A stretch of DNA of 64,000 nt from an uncultured Gemmatimonadaceae bacterium (GCA_963781585.1 CAWAGQ010000010.1:32001-96000), one strand, 5' to 3'. Shown: positions 28,925 to 38,636, counted from the stretch's first letter. Made by a program: numbers and translations. Notes: generated by a model not told the origin, from the letters alone.

Positions 28925-31603
28925 CTACTCCGCCCGCATGGCGATCGACGGGTCGACGCCCGTCGCGCGGCGACTCGGCACCGCGCACGCCACGATCGCC
29001 GTAGCCAGCAGCACAATACCTGCGGCGCCAAAGGACGACGGGTCGGTGCGCGACAGGCCGTACAGCATCTTTTCCACGGCTTTGGTGGCCCACCAGGCCC
29101 CCACCAGTCCGAACGCGAGCCCGAACGTCGCCAACAAGAGCCCGTTCCGCACCACACCCCCGGCGATGGTGCGCCGCGTCGCGCCCAGCGCCATGCGAAT
29201 TCCAATCTCCCGTGTTCGCTGCGCCACGCTGTACGCCATGACGCCATACAAGCCGATTGCCGCGAGCACGACTGCGATAATAGTGAACGCGGCCAGCAGC
29301 ACCATCGTGAACCGCGGGCCCTCCACACTGCGCTCCATCGCGGCGTCGATGTCCACCAGTTCCGGCGGCGGCAGGTGGGGATCGAGTTCTGCAACCAGAG
29401 CCCGCAGTCCCGGCATCGCCTGAAAACCAGGCTTCATGCGGACGATGACGGCGAGCGCGTAGTAGCCGGGAGAGGGGAGGTACAGCGTCGGATCGCTGCG
29501 CTGATCGGTCAGGCCGCCGGTTGCGGCGTCGGCGACGACACCGACGATGGTGCGCCACCGGCCGCCACCGTCGATCTGTACGAGACGGACACGGGTCCCC
29601 AGCACCGAGCGTCCGTGCCCCATCTTCCTGGCGAATCCTTCGTTCACGATGATCTGGCCGCCCGCGCGCGACGAATCGGTGAACGTGGTCCCCTCCACGA
29701 TGCGCATGCCCATGACGCGGAAATACGCCGGCTCGACCGCGTTGTACCGGATGAACGACGAAGTCCCTTTCGGCGGAGGGGGATCGTTCTCGCCCTGGAG
29801 GGCACCGATCAGGAACCGGTAGCCCGGCGGTGCGCCGTCGGCAAGCGTCGCGGCCTCCACACCCGGCATCGCGCGCAGCCGCCGGACCAGCTCCTCGTCG
29901 AATGCGCGCCTGGCCGTGTCGTTAGGGTAACGGCGCTCCGGCAGGTCCGGGGTCACCGCGTACAGTCCGCGCGGTGCGAATCCCGGGTCGGTCGACTGGA
30001 GCCTGATCACGCTGCGCACGAGCAGGGTGGCACCGACGAGCAGCGTGGTCGAGAGCGCCATCTCGCTCACCACCAGCACCGATCGCAACCGGTTGTGGCG
30101 GCGGGCATGGGATGTCGTGAGGGCACCGGCTTTGAGGGATTCATGCGTCGAGTACCGGGCCGACTGGAGCGAACCGATCAGTCCCACGCCCAGGCCGGCA
30201 GCCAGCGAGAGCGCGATCGTCACCAGCAGCGCCGTGCCGTTGAGCGTCGCGGCGCTCAATTCGATCACGCTTGCGGGCCGGAGCGCGATCGCCGCGCGCA
30301 AGCCGGCGTAGCCAATGGCCAGACCGCCAACGCATCCCGCGGTGGCGAGCACCAGACTCTCGGTCAGGAGCTGCCGGACCACGCGGAGCTTGTTCGCGCC
30401 CAGCGCGGCGCGCACCGCCAGCTCACGCTGCCGCGTCGCTGCGCGCGCCAGCAGCAGGTGCGCCACGTTGGCGCAGGCGATGAGCAGCACGAGCGCCACC
30501 GCACCGCTCAGCAGCAGGAGTGATTCGTGGAAACCGACCATCTCGCCGGGAGACGTCAGCTTCGTGCGAAAACGCATCTCATCACCACTGATGCCCTGGG
30601 TGCGCGCGGTGAGCGAATCGAGCTCCTGGGCAGCGTTCGCGAATGACACTCCCGGGCGCAGGCGCCCGACCAGCGCGACTCCCATCGTGCTGTCGGTCAA
30701 CTCCAGCGGAAGCCACAGGTCCGTCGTTGTCTGCCGAATCCGCGGGAGTCGCATGGCTTCCGGCATCACGCCGACGATCGTATAGGACTTGTCATCGACC
30801 GCGATCGCTCGGTCGATGACCTGGGAGTCCGCCCCGAACCGGGAGCGCCACATGCCTTCGCCGATCATGACGACGGGTGCGCGTTCGGCGACGTCGGACG
30901 ACGTGAACGCCCGCCCCAGCAGGGGAAGTTGTCCGGCAAGAGCAGGGAAGCCCGGTGTGATCCGCGCGGCGTGCGCCGTGGACGGTGTGCCGCCTGGCGG
31001 CTCGAGGGTGACGTCGGTATTGGTGTACGCTTGCAGCGACTCGAAGGACCGGTTGCCTTCGATCCAGGCGCGCGCCAGCGTGTAATCGGGGTTGATCGTT
31101 ATCCGGATGCCGGTCTCGTTGCCGGAAGTCGGCTCCTGAAAGACGAGCATGACGCGGTCGGCATCGGGATAGGGCAGCGGATGCAGAATGAGGCTGTTCA
31201 CCACGCTGAACACCGCAGTGTTGGCGCCGATGCCGAGCGCCAGGGTGAGAACGGCGGCCGCGGTCCATCCCTTCTGGCGTCCGAGAGTGCGCAGCGCGAA
31301 CCGCACGTCCTGCAGAAATGCATCCACGATCTGGGCTCGAGCGGCGCGCCGTTCTCTCCGGGCGGTAATGGTGACGCATTCCGCGCGTACGCCCGCCAGG
31401 TCGCCAAGTCGCCGCATGACGGCGGCCCTGGCGTCGGCCTCGGACATGCCGCGCGCGACGTAGTCGCGCACCCGCATCTCGAAGTGAAAGCGCAACTCGT
31501 CGTCCACGTCGGCGTCGGCGCGCGGGCCGAAAAACCGCAGGTAGCGGCGCCAGGTGCGGGCGACGCGCGCGCCCGGAGCCGGCGTCTGGGTCGGATCCTG
31601 CAT
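28925..31603 (-). CDS. ADOP-type duplicated MacB/FtsX-like ABC permease
   Basis: Prefix domain (DVDDELRFHFEM); motifs TLALGIGANTAVFS, LLIACANVA, QRTREIGIRMALGA, VDPSIAMRAE. Confidence 0.92.
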   Translation of the reverse strand: MQDPTQTPAPGARVARTWRRYLRFFGPRADADVDDELRFHFEMRVRDYVARGMSEADARAAVMRRLGDLAGVRAECVTITARRERRAARAQIVDAFLQDVRFALRTLGRQKGWTAAAVLTLALGIGANTAVFSVVNSLILHPLPYPDADRVMLVFQEPTSGNETGIRITINPDYTLARAWIEGNRSFESLQAYTNTDVTLEPPGGTPSTAHAARITPGFPALAGQLPLLGRAFTSSDVAERAPVVMIGEGMWRSRFGADSQVIDRAIAVDDKSYTIVGVMPEAMRLPRIRQTTTDLWLPLELTDSTMGVALVGRLRPGVSFANAAQELDSLTARTQGISGDEMRFRTKLTSPGEMVGFHESLLLLSGAVALVLLIACANVAHLLLARAATRQRELAVRAALGANKLRVVRQLLTESLVLATAGCVGGLAIGYAGLRAAIALRPASVIELSAATLNGTALLVTIALSLAAGLGVGLIGSLQSARYSTHESLKAGALTTSHARRHNRLRSVLVVSEMALSTTLLVGATLLVRSVIRLQSTDPGFAPRGLYAVTPDLPERRYPNDTARRAFDEELVRRLRAMPGVEAATLADGAPPGYRFLIGALQGENDPPPPKGTSSFIRYNAVEPAYFRVMGMRIVEGTTFTDSSRAGGQIIVNEGFARKMGHGRSVLGTRVRLVQIDGGGRWRTIVGVVADAATGGLTDQRSDPTLYLPSPGYYALAVIVRMKPGFQAMPGLRALVAELDPHLPPPELVDIDAAMERSVEGPRFTMVLLAAFTIIAVVLAAIGLYGVMAYSVAQRTREIGIRMALGATRRTIAGGVVRNGLLLATFGLAFGLVGAWWATKAVEKMLYGLSRTDPSSFGAAGIVLLATAIVACAVPSRRATGVDPSIAMRAE

Positions 31604-31611
31604 CACGCGAC

Positions 31612-31956
31612 TCAGGCCGCGCGCGGCGCCGTCTCGAGCACCTTCGAGACCGCCTTGGCAAACCGGGACCAGTACTGATGCGACGCGCCGAGTTGTTTCT
31701 TTCCCGCCGCGGTCAGCCGGTAGAACTTGGCGCGCCGGTTGTGATCGGAGATGCCCCACTCTGCGGTGATGAGTCCGCGCTCCTCGAGTTTATGGAGGGC
31801 GGGATAGAGCGAGCCTTCTTCGACCTGGAGCACGTCATCGGTGCATTGCTCGATCCACCGCGCGATGCCGTAGCCGTGTGACGGCGCCCACGACAGCGTC
31901 TTCAGGATCATGAGGTCGAGGGTGCCTTTCAGGAATTCGATGGACGGGTCGGCCAT
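31612..31956 (-). CDS. PadR-family transcriptional regulator (acidobacterial type)
   Basis: Motifs LKGTLDLMILKTL, HGYGIARWI, EGSLYPALHKLE, RRAKFYRLT. Confidence 0.93.
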   Translation of the reverse strand: MADPSIEFLKGTLDLMILKTLSWAPSHGYGIARWIEQCTDDVLQVEEGSLYPALHKLEERGLITAEWGISDHNRRAKFYRLTAAGKKQLGASHQYWSRFAKAVSKVLETAPRAA

Positions 31957-31963
31957 GGCGCAT

Positions 31964-32007
31964 CTCCCATAGGTCTCCGAGGTATATACCTAGTAAACCT
32001 ACTGGAG
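31964..32007. promoter_or_regulatory. Imperfect 44-bp inverted repeat, putative PadR operator
   Basis: Perfect core AGGTATATACCT (31980-31991) with TAGGT/ACCTA and CTCC/GGAG outer arms, immediately upstream of padR. Confidence 0.6.
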
Positions 32008-32063
32008 CGCAAGGCCGTGACGCGCACGCCGTACTCTCGATCCCCGGACTCCTGCGTCGGCTT

Positions 32064-32834
32064 CTACTCGTACAGATCGCTGGGGTCCGCCGCCGCGAGC
32101 TCCACCAGGAACCCCGCGATCTTCTCCGAGACGAGCCGCGCATACGCGGCGCCCTTGTCCGCGGTCGCCTCACGCGGATCGCCAACGCCCGTATCATCCG
32201 TCACCTGACTCCACTCGCGAGGCGCCCACACCCACCTCTCCCGCAGTCCCTTCAGCTTGAATCCACGCGCCGCGCCCGGGCCGGCGTCGGTCAGCGGACG
32301 CACCAGCGCCGGAGCGCAGTGCAACATCACGCTCGTCTCCATCTCGCCCGCGTGATCGCCGGGACGGAAGTGCTTGTTCGGATCGACCGCCTGGTACCAG
32401 TTCACCGCGCAGAGGAACACGTCCGGATACTTCGGCTGCAGCTCTCGCACCATCTGCCGGAAGTCGTTCCCTCCGTGGCCGTTGAAGATCAGCAGCTTGG
32501 GGATTCGCTGATGCGCCAGCGACGCCACCACATCCTCCAGCACCGCGGCCTGCGTGCCCGGATTCATGTTGATCGTGAGCGGGATGTCGAGCTGGCCGGT
32601 GTTCACGCCAAACGGAATGCACGGCAGCACGATGACCCTGGCGCCGCTCTCCCACGCGATGCGCGCCGATTCGGTCGCGATGTAGTCGGTGAGCACCATA
32701 TCCGTGGCGTACGGAAGGTGATAGTTGTGGGCCTCGACGGCGCCCCACGGCAATACCGCGACCTGGAAAGCGGTTTCCCTGACGGCTTTCCAGGCGGCTT
32801 CGGCGAGAACGTAGGGGCGCGGCTGGTTGCTCAT
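32064..32834 (-). CDS. Creatininase/amidohydrolase family protein
   Basis: Motifs LPWGAVEAHNYHLPYATD, NGHGGN, DHAGEMETS, GVGDP..ATADKG. Start ATG 32834 overlaps the upstream stop. Confidence 0.88.
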   Translation of the reverse strand: MSNQPRPYVLAEAAWKAVRETAFQVAVLPWGAVEAHNYHLPYATDMVLTDYIATESARIAWESGARVIVLPCIPFGVNTGQLDIPLTINMNPGTQAAVLEDVVASLAHQRIPKLLIFNGHGGNDFRQMVRELQPKYPDVFLCAVNWYQAVDPNKHFRPGDHAGEMETSVMLHCAPALVRPLTDAGPGAARGFKLKGLRERWVWAPREWSQVTDDTGVGDPREATADKGAAYARLVSEKIAGFLVELAAADPSDLYE

Positions 32835-33568
32835 GGGCCGACCTGGGACTCTGTCGCGCGGCGGCGGTAGGCACGCCACTCGCGCCAGGTTGGAGTGGTG
32901 AAGTAGCGGCCATCGTTCTGTGGCTGCCGCGGAATCGCGTCGAATCCCTGCTCTCGAACCCGGTCGATGAATTCACCCAGCACCGGCACCGCGTCGCGGA
33001 GCAGCCTGGCGCGCAACTCGCCGGCACTCCTGACCGTGACCGGGACCGCATGCCGCAGCACGATGTCGCCATCGTCCAGCCGCGGCGTCATGTAGTGGAG
33101 CGTCCACCCCGCCTTGGCGACGTCGTTGCCGGCAAGCGTCCAGAACTCCGACTTCACACCGCGATAGTCGGGGAGCCAGCCGGTGTGCAGGTTGAGGAAG
33201 CCATGCTTCATGTCGTTCAGCGTGCGGGCGGTGACGATCGACGTGCCGAATCCGATAACGAGATCCTGGCCGCCGAAGGCGAATCCATTGATGCTCGCTA
33301 CCGTCTCGTGCGGTGGGAAGGGCAGGGCCGGCAAATGCTGTCGTCCCTCGCGCCGGAACCAGCCGTTGAGCCACACCTGAAAGGCGGCGTTGACGGGTCC
33401 GAGGCGCCGGAGCTTGCGCCAGTAGAACCGCCACCCCGGTCTGCCGGTCTCGATGATCAGCCGATCGACCTTGCCCGCGGCGTGCAGACTCGCGGCAAGA
33501 TATCGGCCGAACACCGAATCATGCGTGACCAGGACGACGCGGATCGCGTGAGCCGGAGCGGCGTTCAT
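32831..33568 (-). CDS. Formyltransferase (N10-formyl-THF-dependent) family protein
   Basis: Catalytic motifs NLHTGWLPDYRG, GWTLHYM, LDDGDIV. Confidence 0.82.
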   Translation of the reverse strand: MNAAPAHAIRVVLVTHDSVFGRYLAASLHAAGKVDRLIIETGRPGWRFYWRKLRRLGPVNAAFQVWLNGWFRREGRQHLPALPFPPHETVASINGFAFGGQDLVIGFGTSIVTARTLNDMKHGFLNLHTGWLPDYRGVKSEFWTLAGNDVAKAGWTLHYMTPRLDDGDIVLRHAVPVTVRSAGELRARLLRDAVPVLGEFIDRVREQGFDAIPRQPQNDGRYFTTPTWREWRAYRRRATESQVGP

Positions 33569-34436
33569 CGAGAGGCGTCAGTGGATACCCGGCGAAGAGG
33601 ACGTCCGCCAGTTCCCGGATGTTCACGAAGGTGATGCGGTAGTCGTTCCGTTCCGCCATGGTCTGCAGGTGGCGGAGATTCGCGCGCAGATTCCGGAACC
33701 TGTACAGCCGGTCGCGCCAGTCGCCGAGCGCGGGGACGAGCTCGTCGGCGTGAAAATAGGAGACGAAGAAGTCCGAACCGCTGCGAAAGAAATCCGCCAG
33801 CAGCGAGCGGTAGAGGACCGGCGCGGTGGTGGTGGTGAGCATGACGCGCTCGGTTCGGAAGCGGCGCGCGAGGAGCCGGTGCCGAAACGTGTAGACCGGT
33901 ATCATGCGCACGTCGTGCCAGACCATTGGGCGATAGGCGAACTGCGACCAGTCATAGGCATCCACCTGGCCGTTGCCCGGGAAACGCATCCTCGGCGCCG
34001 GGCTGTAGTCGATTCGGACTCCGGCCTCGTGCAGGTGCGTGATCGAGAACTCGTTCTGGAAGGTCCATCCCATGTGGATCACCTCCGGGCGCCCGAGTGC
34101 TTCGGATCCGAGCCGGATGTTCTCCAGGATGTTGTCCTCGGAGATATCCTGCCGGCCCTGACGATCGAAGTAGTGGAGATGCCATGCGATGGCCGACCCG
34201 TGCTGGCGGGCGGCACTCCAGATCTCCCGATAGTGATCGTAGCAGTATCCGGCCGACCCGCAGTAGTCCCGAACCTGGGTGTCGGCCCGCACGTTGAGGG
34301 TCCACTTCACGTCGGGCAGGTCCAGCAGGCGGGGAAGGGCCTCGATCCCGCGCCAGGTCAGTCGTTGCGGATAGCTGTCCCGATCGGGGTCGCAGTCGAT
34401 GCCGATGGCGACGTAGAGGTCCTTCACCGGGCGCAA
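33519..34436 (-). CDS. Hypothetical protein, possibly polysaccharide-deacetylase-like
   Basis: IGIDCD near the N-terminus, IAWHLH, MGWT, DYS, SYFHADEL resemble NodB-like barrel motifs. TTG start; function is weakly supported. Confidence 0.55.
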   Translation of the reverse strand: MRPVKDLYVAIGIDCDPDRDSYPQRLTWRGIEALPRLLDLPDVKWTLNVRADTQVRDYCGSAGYCYDHYREIWSAARQHGSAIAWHLHYFDRQGRQDISEDNILENIRLGSEALGRPEVIHMGWTFQNEFSITHLHEAGVRIDYSPAPRMRFPGNGQVDAYDWSQFAYRPMVWHDVRMIPVYTFRHRLLARRFRTERVMLTTTTAPVLYRSLLADFFRSGSDFFVSYFHADELVPALGDWRDRLYRFRNLRANLRHLQTMAERNDYRITFVNIRELADVLFAGYPLTPLDERRSGSRDPRRPGHA

Positions 34437-34624
34437 CTTAGAGGCCGGTGCCGGAATCGCAATTATTGGTGTGGGTAAACAGGGTTAGACTCGGATTTCA
34501 CGGAAACTCGCGTCCGGGCCCATTTCCCCGGCGATGTAACCGTTTGGTTCGCTTCGTCCCTCCCTCCTCATTTTCGCGCGGTTTCGGCGCTACTTTCGAG
34601 GCCCTCACGAGAGCGGAGAAACGT

Positions 34625-35941
34625 ATGGCTGAGACGTCACCTCGCGGTCGATTCGAGTGGCATGAGCTGCTCACCTCGGACACCGATGCCGCCGCGAAAT
34701 TCTATCCGGCTGTGACCGGATGGGGGATCATGCCGTTCGCGGACGATCCTTCCTACCGTATGTGGACGGCTGCCGGAGCGTCGATCGGCGGGCTGATGGC
34801 CCTGCCTGACGAGGCGAAGGCGATGGGCGAGCCGCCGAACTGGCTTCCCTACGTTGCCGTGCCCGACGTCGACATCACCGTTAGGCAGGCGATGGCCATG
34901 AGCGCCAGGACGTACGTGGAGCCCCGCGACATCCCGAATGTCGGCCGGTTCGCGGTGCTCGCCGATCCCCAGGGCGCCACCTTTGCTGTCTACAGCGCCG
35001 CGGGACGCTGGCCCGGGCACGAGGGACCGGCCAACATGGGGGAGTTCTCGTGGCACGAGCTGATGACCAGCGACTGGCGGAGCGCGCTGGTGTTCTACCA
35101 GGCACTCTTCGGCTGGGACGCCACGTCGTCCATGGACATGGGGCCTGGTGGGATCTATCAGATGTTCGGTCGCAACGGGATTCCGCTGGGCGGCATTTAC
35201 AACAAGCCGCCTAACGTCGAGGGAGGAGCGCGCTGGCTCGGCTACGTGCGCGTCCCCGACGCCGACAAACTGGTGCAGGTGGTGGTGAAGCGCGGCGGCG
35301 CGGTCGTGAGCGGCCCGATGGAAGTGCCTGGAGGTGATCGCATCGTGACCTGCCGCGATCCCCAGGGTGCCCAGTTCGCGGTCCATACCCTCGCCGCGGA
35401 CATCCAGTCCCGCGCCGGGGGCGCAGCGTCGGCCCCGTCGGCGAAGGCCCCGGCGGCGAAGGCCCCGGCGGCGTCGGCCCCGTCGGCGAAGGCTCCCGCT
35501 GCGAAGGCCCCGGCGGCGAAGGCCCCCGCTGCGAAGCGCGCGGCGGCCCGGGTGACGAAGAAGGCGCGTCGAGGGGCGAAGCCCCGTGCGACTGCACGAT
35601 CGCGGGCTCGGACCAAGAGCAAGGCAAAAGCCGCGTCAGCCAGAGGCACACGGAGGAAGAGTGCGGGACGCGGTGCCGCCGCCAGGAAGCGCGCGACAAG
35701 GGTCGCTGCACGTCGGACCGCCAAGGCAACGCGCCCGAAGAGAGGCACGCGCCGTGCGTCATCCCGTGGCCCGGCAGCACGCAAGCGCGGTTCGGCGTCG
35801 CGTGGCCCGGCAGCACGCAAGCGCGGTTCGGCGTCGCGTGGCCCGGCAGCACGCAAGCGCGGTTCGGCGTCGCGTGGCCCGGCAGGACGCAAGCGCCGCT
35901 CGGCGTCCCGTCGCACGACAGGACGCAAGCGACGTCGCTGA
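34625..35941 (+). CDS. VOC (glyoxalase/bleomycin-resistance) double-domain protein with a long Ala/Lys/Arg-rich tail
   Basis: Two repeats of F.WHEL.TSD...A..FY...GW...W..YV.VPD...DPQGA.F; C-terminal ~175 aa low-complexity basic tail; GGAG RBS. Confidence 0.85.
   Translation: MAETSPRGRFEWHELLTSDTDAAAKFYPAVTGWGIMPFADDPSYRMWTAAGASIGGLMALPDEAKAMGEPPNWLPYVAVPDVDITVRQAMAMSARTYVEPRDIPNVGRFAVLADPQGATFAVYSAAGRWPGHEGPANMGEFSWHELMTSDWRSALVFYQALFGWDATSSMDMGPGGIYQMFGRNGIPLGGIYNKPPNVEGGARWLGYVRVPDADKLVQVVVKRGGAVVSGPMEVPGGDRIVTCRDPQGAQFAVHTLAADIQSRAGGAASAPSAKAPAAKAPAASAPSAKAPAAKAPAAKAPAAKRAAARVTKKARRGAKPRATARSRARTKSKAKAASARGTRRKSAGRGAAARKRATRVAARRTAKATRPKRGTRRASSRGPAARKRGSASRGPAARKRGSASRGPAARKRGSASRGPAGRKRRSASRRTTGRKRRR
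35765..35908 (+). repeat. 36-bp coding tandem repeat (3 perfect copies plus 1 degenerate)
   Basis: CGTGGCCCGGCAGCACGCAAGCGCGGTTCGGCGTCG at 35765, 35801 and 35837, with a variant at 35873. Encodes RGPAARKRGSAS. Confidence 0.95.
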
Positions 35942-35981
35942 GCACGCGCCGGCCCGCGCTGCTCCGCGATCGATGACGCTC

Positions 35982-36015
35982 ATCGGGCGCGCCGCGAATT
36001 CGCGGCGCGCCCGAT
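35982..36015. repeat. Perfect 34-bp palindrome (terminator-like hairpin)
   Basis: ATCGGGCGCGCCGCGAA|TTCGCGGCGCGCCCGAT, 40 nt after the VOC gene stop. Confidence 0.8.
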
Positions 36016-36181
36016 CCGCACTCGATCTCGAGGCCTCGCCCGGAATCGAAGCGTCCTCGCACACGCAGATTGACTTCTCCCCACCCGGCCTGGGGGACGG
36101 CGCGCGGTTCACGCTGATGCGAAGCCGGTAGCCGAGTGGCGCGAGCGGGTCCAGATTGTCCCACGATCAAGGAGGATCCCC

Positions 36182-37258
36182 GTGACCCGCTGGACTCTGG
36201 CGTTACTCGCCGCCTGCGCGCCCGCCATCCTGTGCGCTCAGGCATCGGTTCCTGAAATCCCGTTCGACGGCGACGTCGATTTTCTCAAACTGCCCGCCGA
36301 CATGTACCTCGGCGAGGTCGCCGGCGTGGCGGTGAACTCGAAGGGGCACCTCTTCATCTTCAGCCGCACCGGTGAGCGGACCACGGTTCACGGGGCGACC
36401 GCCTCACAGCTCTTCGAGTTCGGGCCCGACGGCAAGTACATCCGCGAGATCGGCAGGAACCTCTACGGGTTCGCGTTCGCGCACACGGTCCGCATCGATT
36501 CGGACGACAACATCTGGGCGACGGACGAAGGCACGAACATGATCATCAAGTTCAATCCGGAGGGCCGCGTACTGATGGTACTCGGACGACGCGAGGAGGC
36601 CGCCGAGCCCGCGCCGCCTCGTCCCGCCGGATCGCCGCCGCCCCGCGCCGGCTGGGGCTCGTTCAACCGCCCCACCGACGTGGCGTGGGACACCCACGGC
36701 AACATCTTCATCGCCGACGGCTACGGCAACTCGCGGGTGGTGAAGGTCGATCGCAGCGGCCGATGGGTTAAGACATGGGGCGAACGCGGTACCGACGCAG
36801 GACAATTCAACACGCCCCACACGATCGCCAACGATGCGCGTGGAAACATCTACGTCGGCGACCGTGGCAACCGCCGCGTGCAGGTCTTCGATCCGGACGG
36901 CAACTTCGAACGACAGTTCACCATCGATGTCCCGTTTACGAAGGAACCGAACATCCTGCTCGGCGCCGCGCCGGGCGGAGGCGGCAACCCACTGTCGCAG
37001 TCGGGCGCGCCGTGGGCGATGTGCATTACGCCGGCGCCGAACGAGTTCCTGTACGTTGCCGATGCGGTGCCGGGCCGGATCTACAAGCTCACCCTGGACG
37101 GCAAGGTGGTGGGGGTGCTCGGCGAAGCGGGCAAGCAACCGAAGCAGTTCGGATGGATCCACGAGATCGCATGTCCATCAGAGAACACGTTGTACGTGGG
37201 CGAGCTCCTGAACTGGCGGATGCAGCGGCTCATGCTGCGGCCCAGAACGGTGCAGTAG
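36182..37258 (+). CDS. Secreted NHL-repeat beta-propeller (peptidyl-alpha-hydroxyglycine lyase-like)
   Basis: Signal peptide; NHL repeats FNRPTDVAWD...IFIADGYGNSRV and FNTPHTIA...IYVGDRGNRRVQVFD; AAGGAGG RBS. Confidence 0.85.
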   Translation: MTRWTLALLAACAPAILCAQASVPEIPFDGDVDFLKLPADMYLGEVAGVAVNSKGHLFIFSRTGERTTVHGATASQLFEFGPDGKYIREIGRNLYGFAFAHTVRIDSDDNIWATDEGTNMIIKFNPEGRVLMVLGRREEAAEPAPPRPAGSPPPRAGWGSFNRPTDVAWDTHGNIFIADGYGNSRVVKVDRSGRWVKTWGERGTDAGQFNTPHTIANDARGNIYVGDRGNRRVQVFDPDGNFERQFTIDVPFTKEPNILLGAAPGGGGNPLSQSGAPWAMCITPAPNEFLYVADAVPGRIYKLTLDGKVVGVLGEAGKQPKQFGWIHEIACPSENTLYVGELLNWRMQRLMLRPRTVQ

Positions 37259-37264
37259 GAGCGA

Positions 37265-38152
37265 TCAGGCGCGATCGGCCGGCGCATCGCTCCCGCGGGG
37301 ACGCGCCGCGGACGGGAGCGGTGCGCCGGCCTCCGCGCCCGATTCGGGGCCGCGGTCGAAGTGCACGTCGAGCTGCGGGAACGCGATCGTGATGCTCGCG
37401 CTCTTCAGTGCGTGCCAGATCGCGAAGTTGAGATCAGACCGCGCGACGCGCGCTCCCCACGGATCGCGGGTCCAGATGGAGACCTCGAAGTCCACCGAGG
37501 AGTTGCCGAACTCGGAGAGCAGTACGCGAGGTTCCATCGACGGAACCCGACCGGGAACGCCGCGCGCGGCGATGGTCAGAACACGGTAGGTGAGGTCGAG
37601 GTCGGAGGCGTAGGCCACGCCCACACTGGTCCGCACGCGGAAGATATTGTCCCGCAGCGTGATGCTCTTGACGGTGTTCTGCACCAGCGTGGCGTTCGGT
37701 ACGATCAGGTCCTCCTCATCGCGTGTACGCACGATGCTCGCACGCAGTCCCACCCGCGTTACGCGCACCACGGTCCCATCCACCTCGAGCACGTCCCCCG
37801 GCCTGATCGTGCGCTCGAACAGGAGGACGAGGCCGGCGACGAAGTTCGCCGTGACATTCTGCAGGGCGAAGCCGAGGGCGGCGGCGAAGAAGGCGCCGGC
37901 AGTGACCAGCGCCACGAGATTCACCCCGACCGACTGCAGGGTGATGACGAGTGCCAGCGTGACCAGGACGTACTGACCGAGCTGGGTCAGCACCGAGATC
38001 GATCCCGACTTGTCGACGCCGCGCCGGTCCAGGGCACGGTGGAGCGCGCCCCGCATGAGCCCGGTGACCACGATCGCGGCCACGGTCACCAGGAGCACCG
38101 TGATCAGGATCGAGACCGAGCTCGGGAGTCCGAGTAGCGTGAAGCGGGGCAC
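37265..38152 (-). CDS. Small-conductance mechanosensitive channel MscS family
   Basis: Motifs LGFALQNVTANFVAGLVLLFER..RPGD.LEV, IVPNATL, VGVAYASD, ITIAFPQLDVH. Confidence 0.9.
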   Translation of the reverse strand: MPRFTLLGLPSSVSILITVLLVTVAAIVVTGLMRGALHRALDRRGVDKSGSISVLTQLGQYVLVTLALVITLQSVGVNLVALVTAGAFFAAALGFALQNVTANFVAGLVLLFERTIRPGDVLEVDGTVVRVTRVGLRASIVRTRDEEDLIVPNATLVQNTVKSITLRDNIFRVRTSVGVAYASDLDLTYRVLTIAARGVPGRVPSMEPRVLLSEFGNSSVDFEVSIWTRDPWGARVARSDLNFAIWHALKSASITIAFPQLDVHFDRGPESGAEAGAPLPSAARPRGSDAPADRA

Positions 38153-38249
38153 GGGGGCGAGGGTTGCGAAGGAGCGACCGGAACGGGAGGGAGAACCTGC
38201 ACCGAGTTCGGGCGCGGAGCAATCGACGCCAGGCCGGCAACCAATTCCC

Positions 38250-38283
38250 CACCCTAAGTGTCTACCCTAAGACACTTGGGGTG
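38250..38283. promoter_or_regulatory. 14-bp inverted repeat, putative PadR operator
   Basis: CACCCTAAGTGTCT-ACCCTA-AGACACTTGGGGTG (one mismatch), 13 nt upstream of the padR ATG. Confidence 0.65.
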
Positions 38284-38296
38284 AGTACCATTCTGT

Positions 38297-38620
38297 ATGG
38301 CACTGCTCAAAGGGACGCTCGACGTGCTGGTGCTGAAGACCCTCTCCTGGGGTCCGATGCACGCCTTCGAGATCGCGACCTGGCTGGAAGACCGATCGAG
38401 CGGGCGGCTCCGGATCCAGGACGCGGCTCTCCTCCAGGCGCTGCACCGTCTGGAAGAGCGCAGGCTGCTGATCGCCGAATGGGGCACCACGAGGAACGAC
38501 CGGCGGGCGCGTTACTATCGACTCAGCGCGGCGGGCCGGGCCCACCTGCGCTCGGAGAGCGAGCGCCTCGTGGACCACGTGGGCGCGCTGACGACGATCC
38601 TTACCGCCCAGCGCAGCTGA
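38297..38620 (+). CDS. PadR-family transcriptional regulator (acidobacterial type)
   Basis: Motifs LLKGTLDVLVLKTLSWGPMH, ALHRLE, RRARYYRLS. Confidence 0.9.
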   Translation: MALLKGTLDVLVLKTLSWGPMHAFEIATWLEDRSSGRLRIQDAALLQALHRLEERRLLIAEWGTTRNDRRARYYRLSAAGRAHLRSESERLVDHVGALTTILTAQRS

Positions 38621-38636
38621 TCATGGTGCGCGTCCC

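Noticed and set aside
35765..35908. 36-bp repeats as a CRISPR array
   Set aside because: The units are directly adjacent with no spacers, lie in frame within a CDS, and there are no cas genes.
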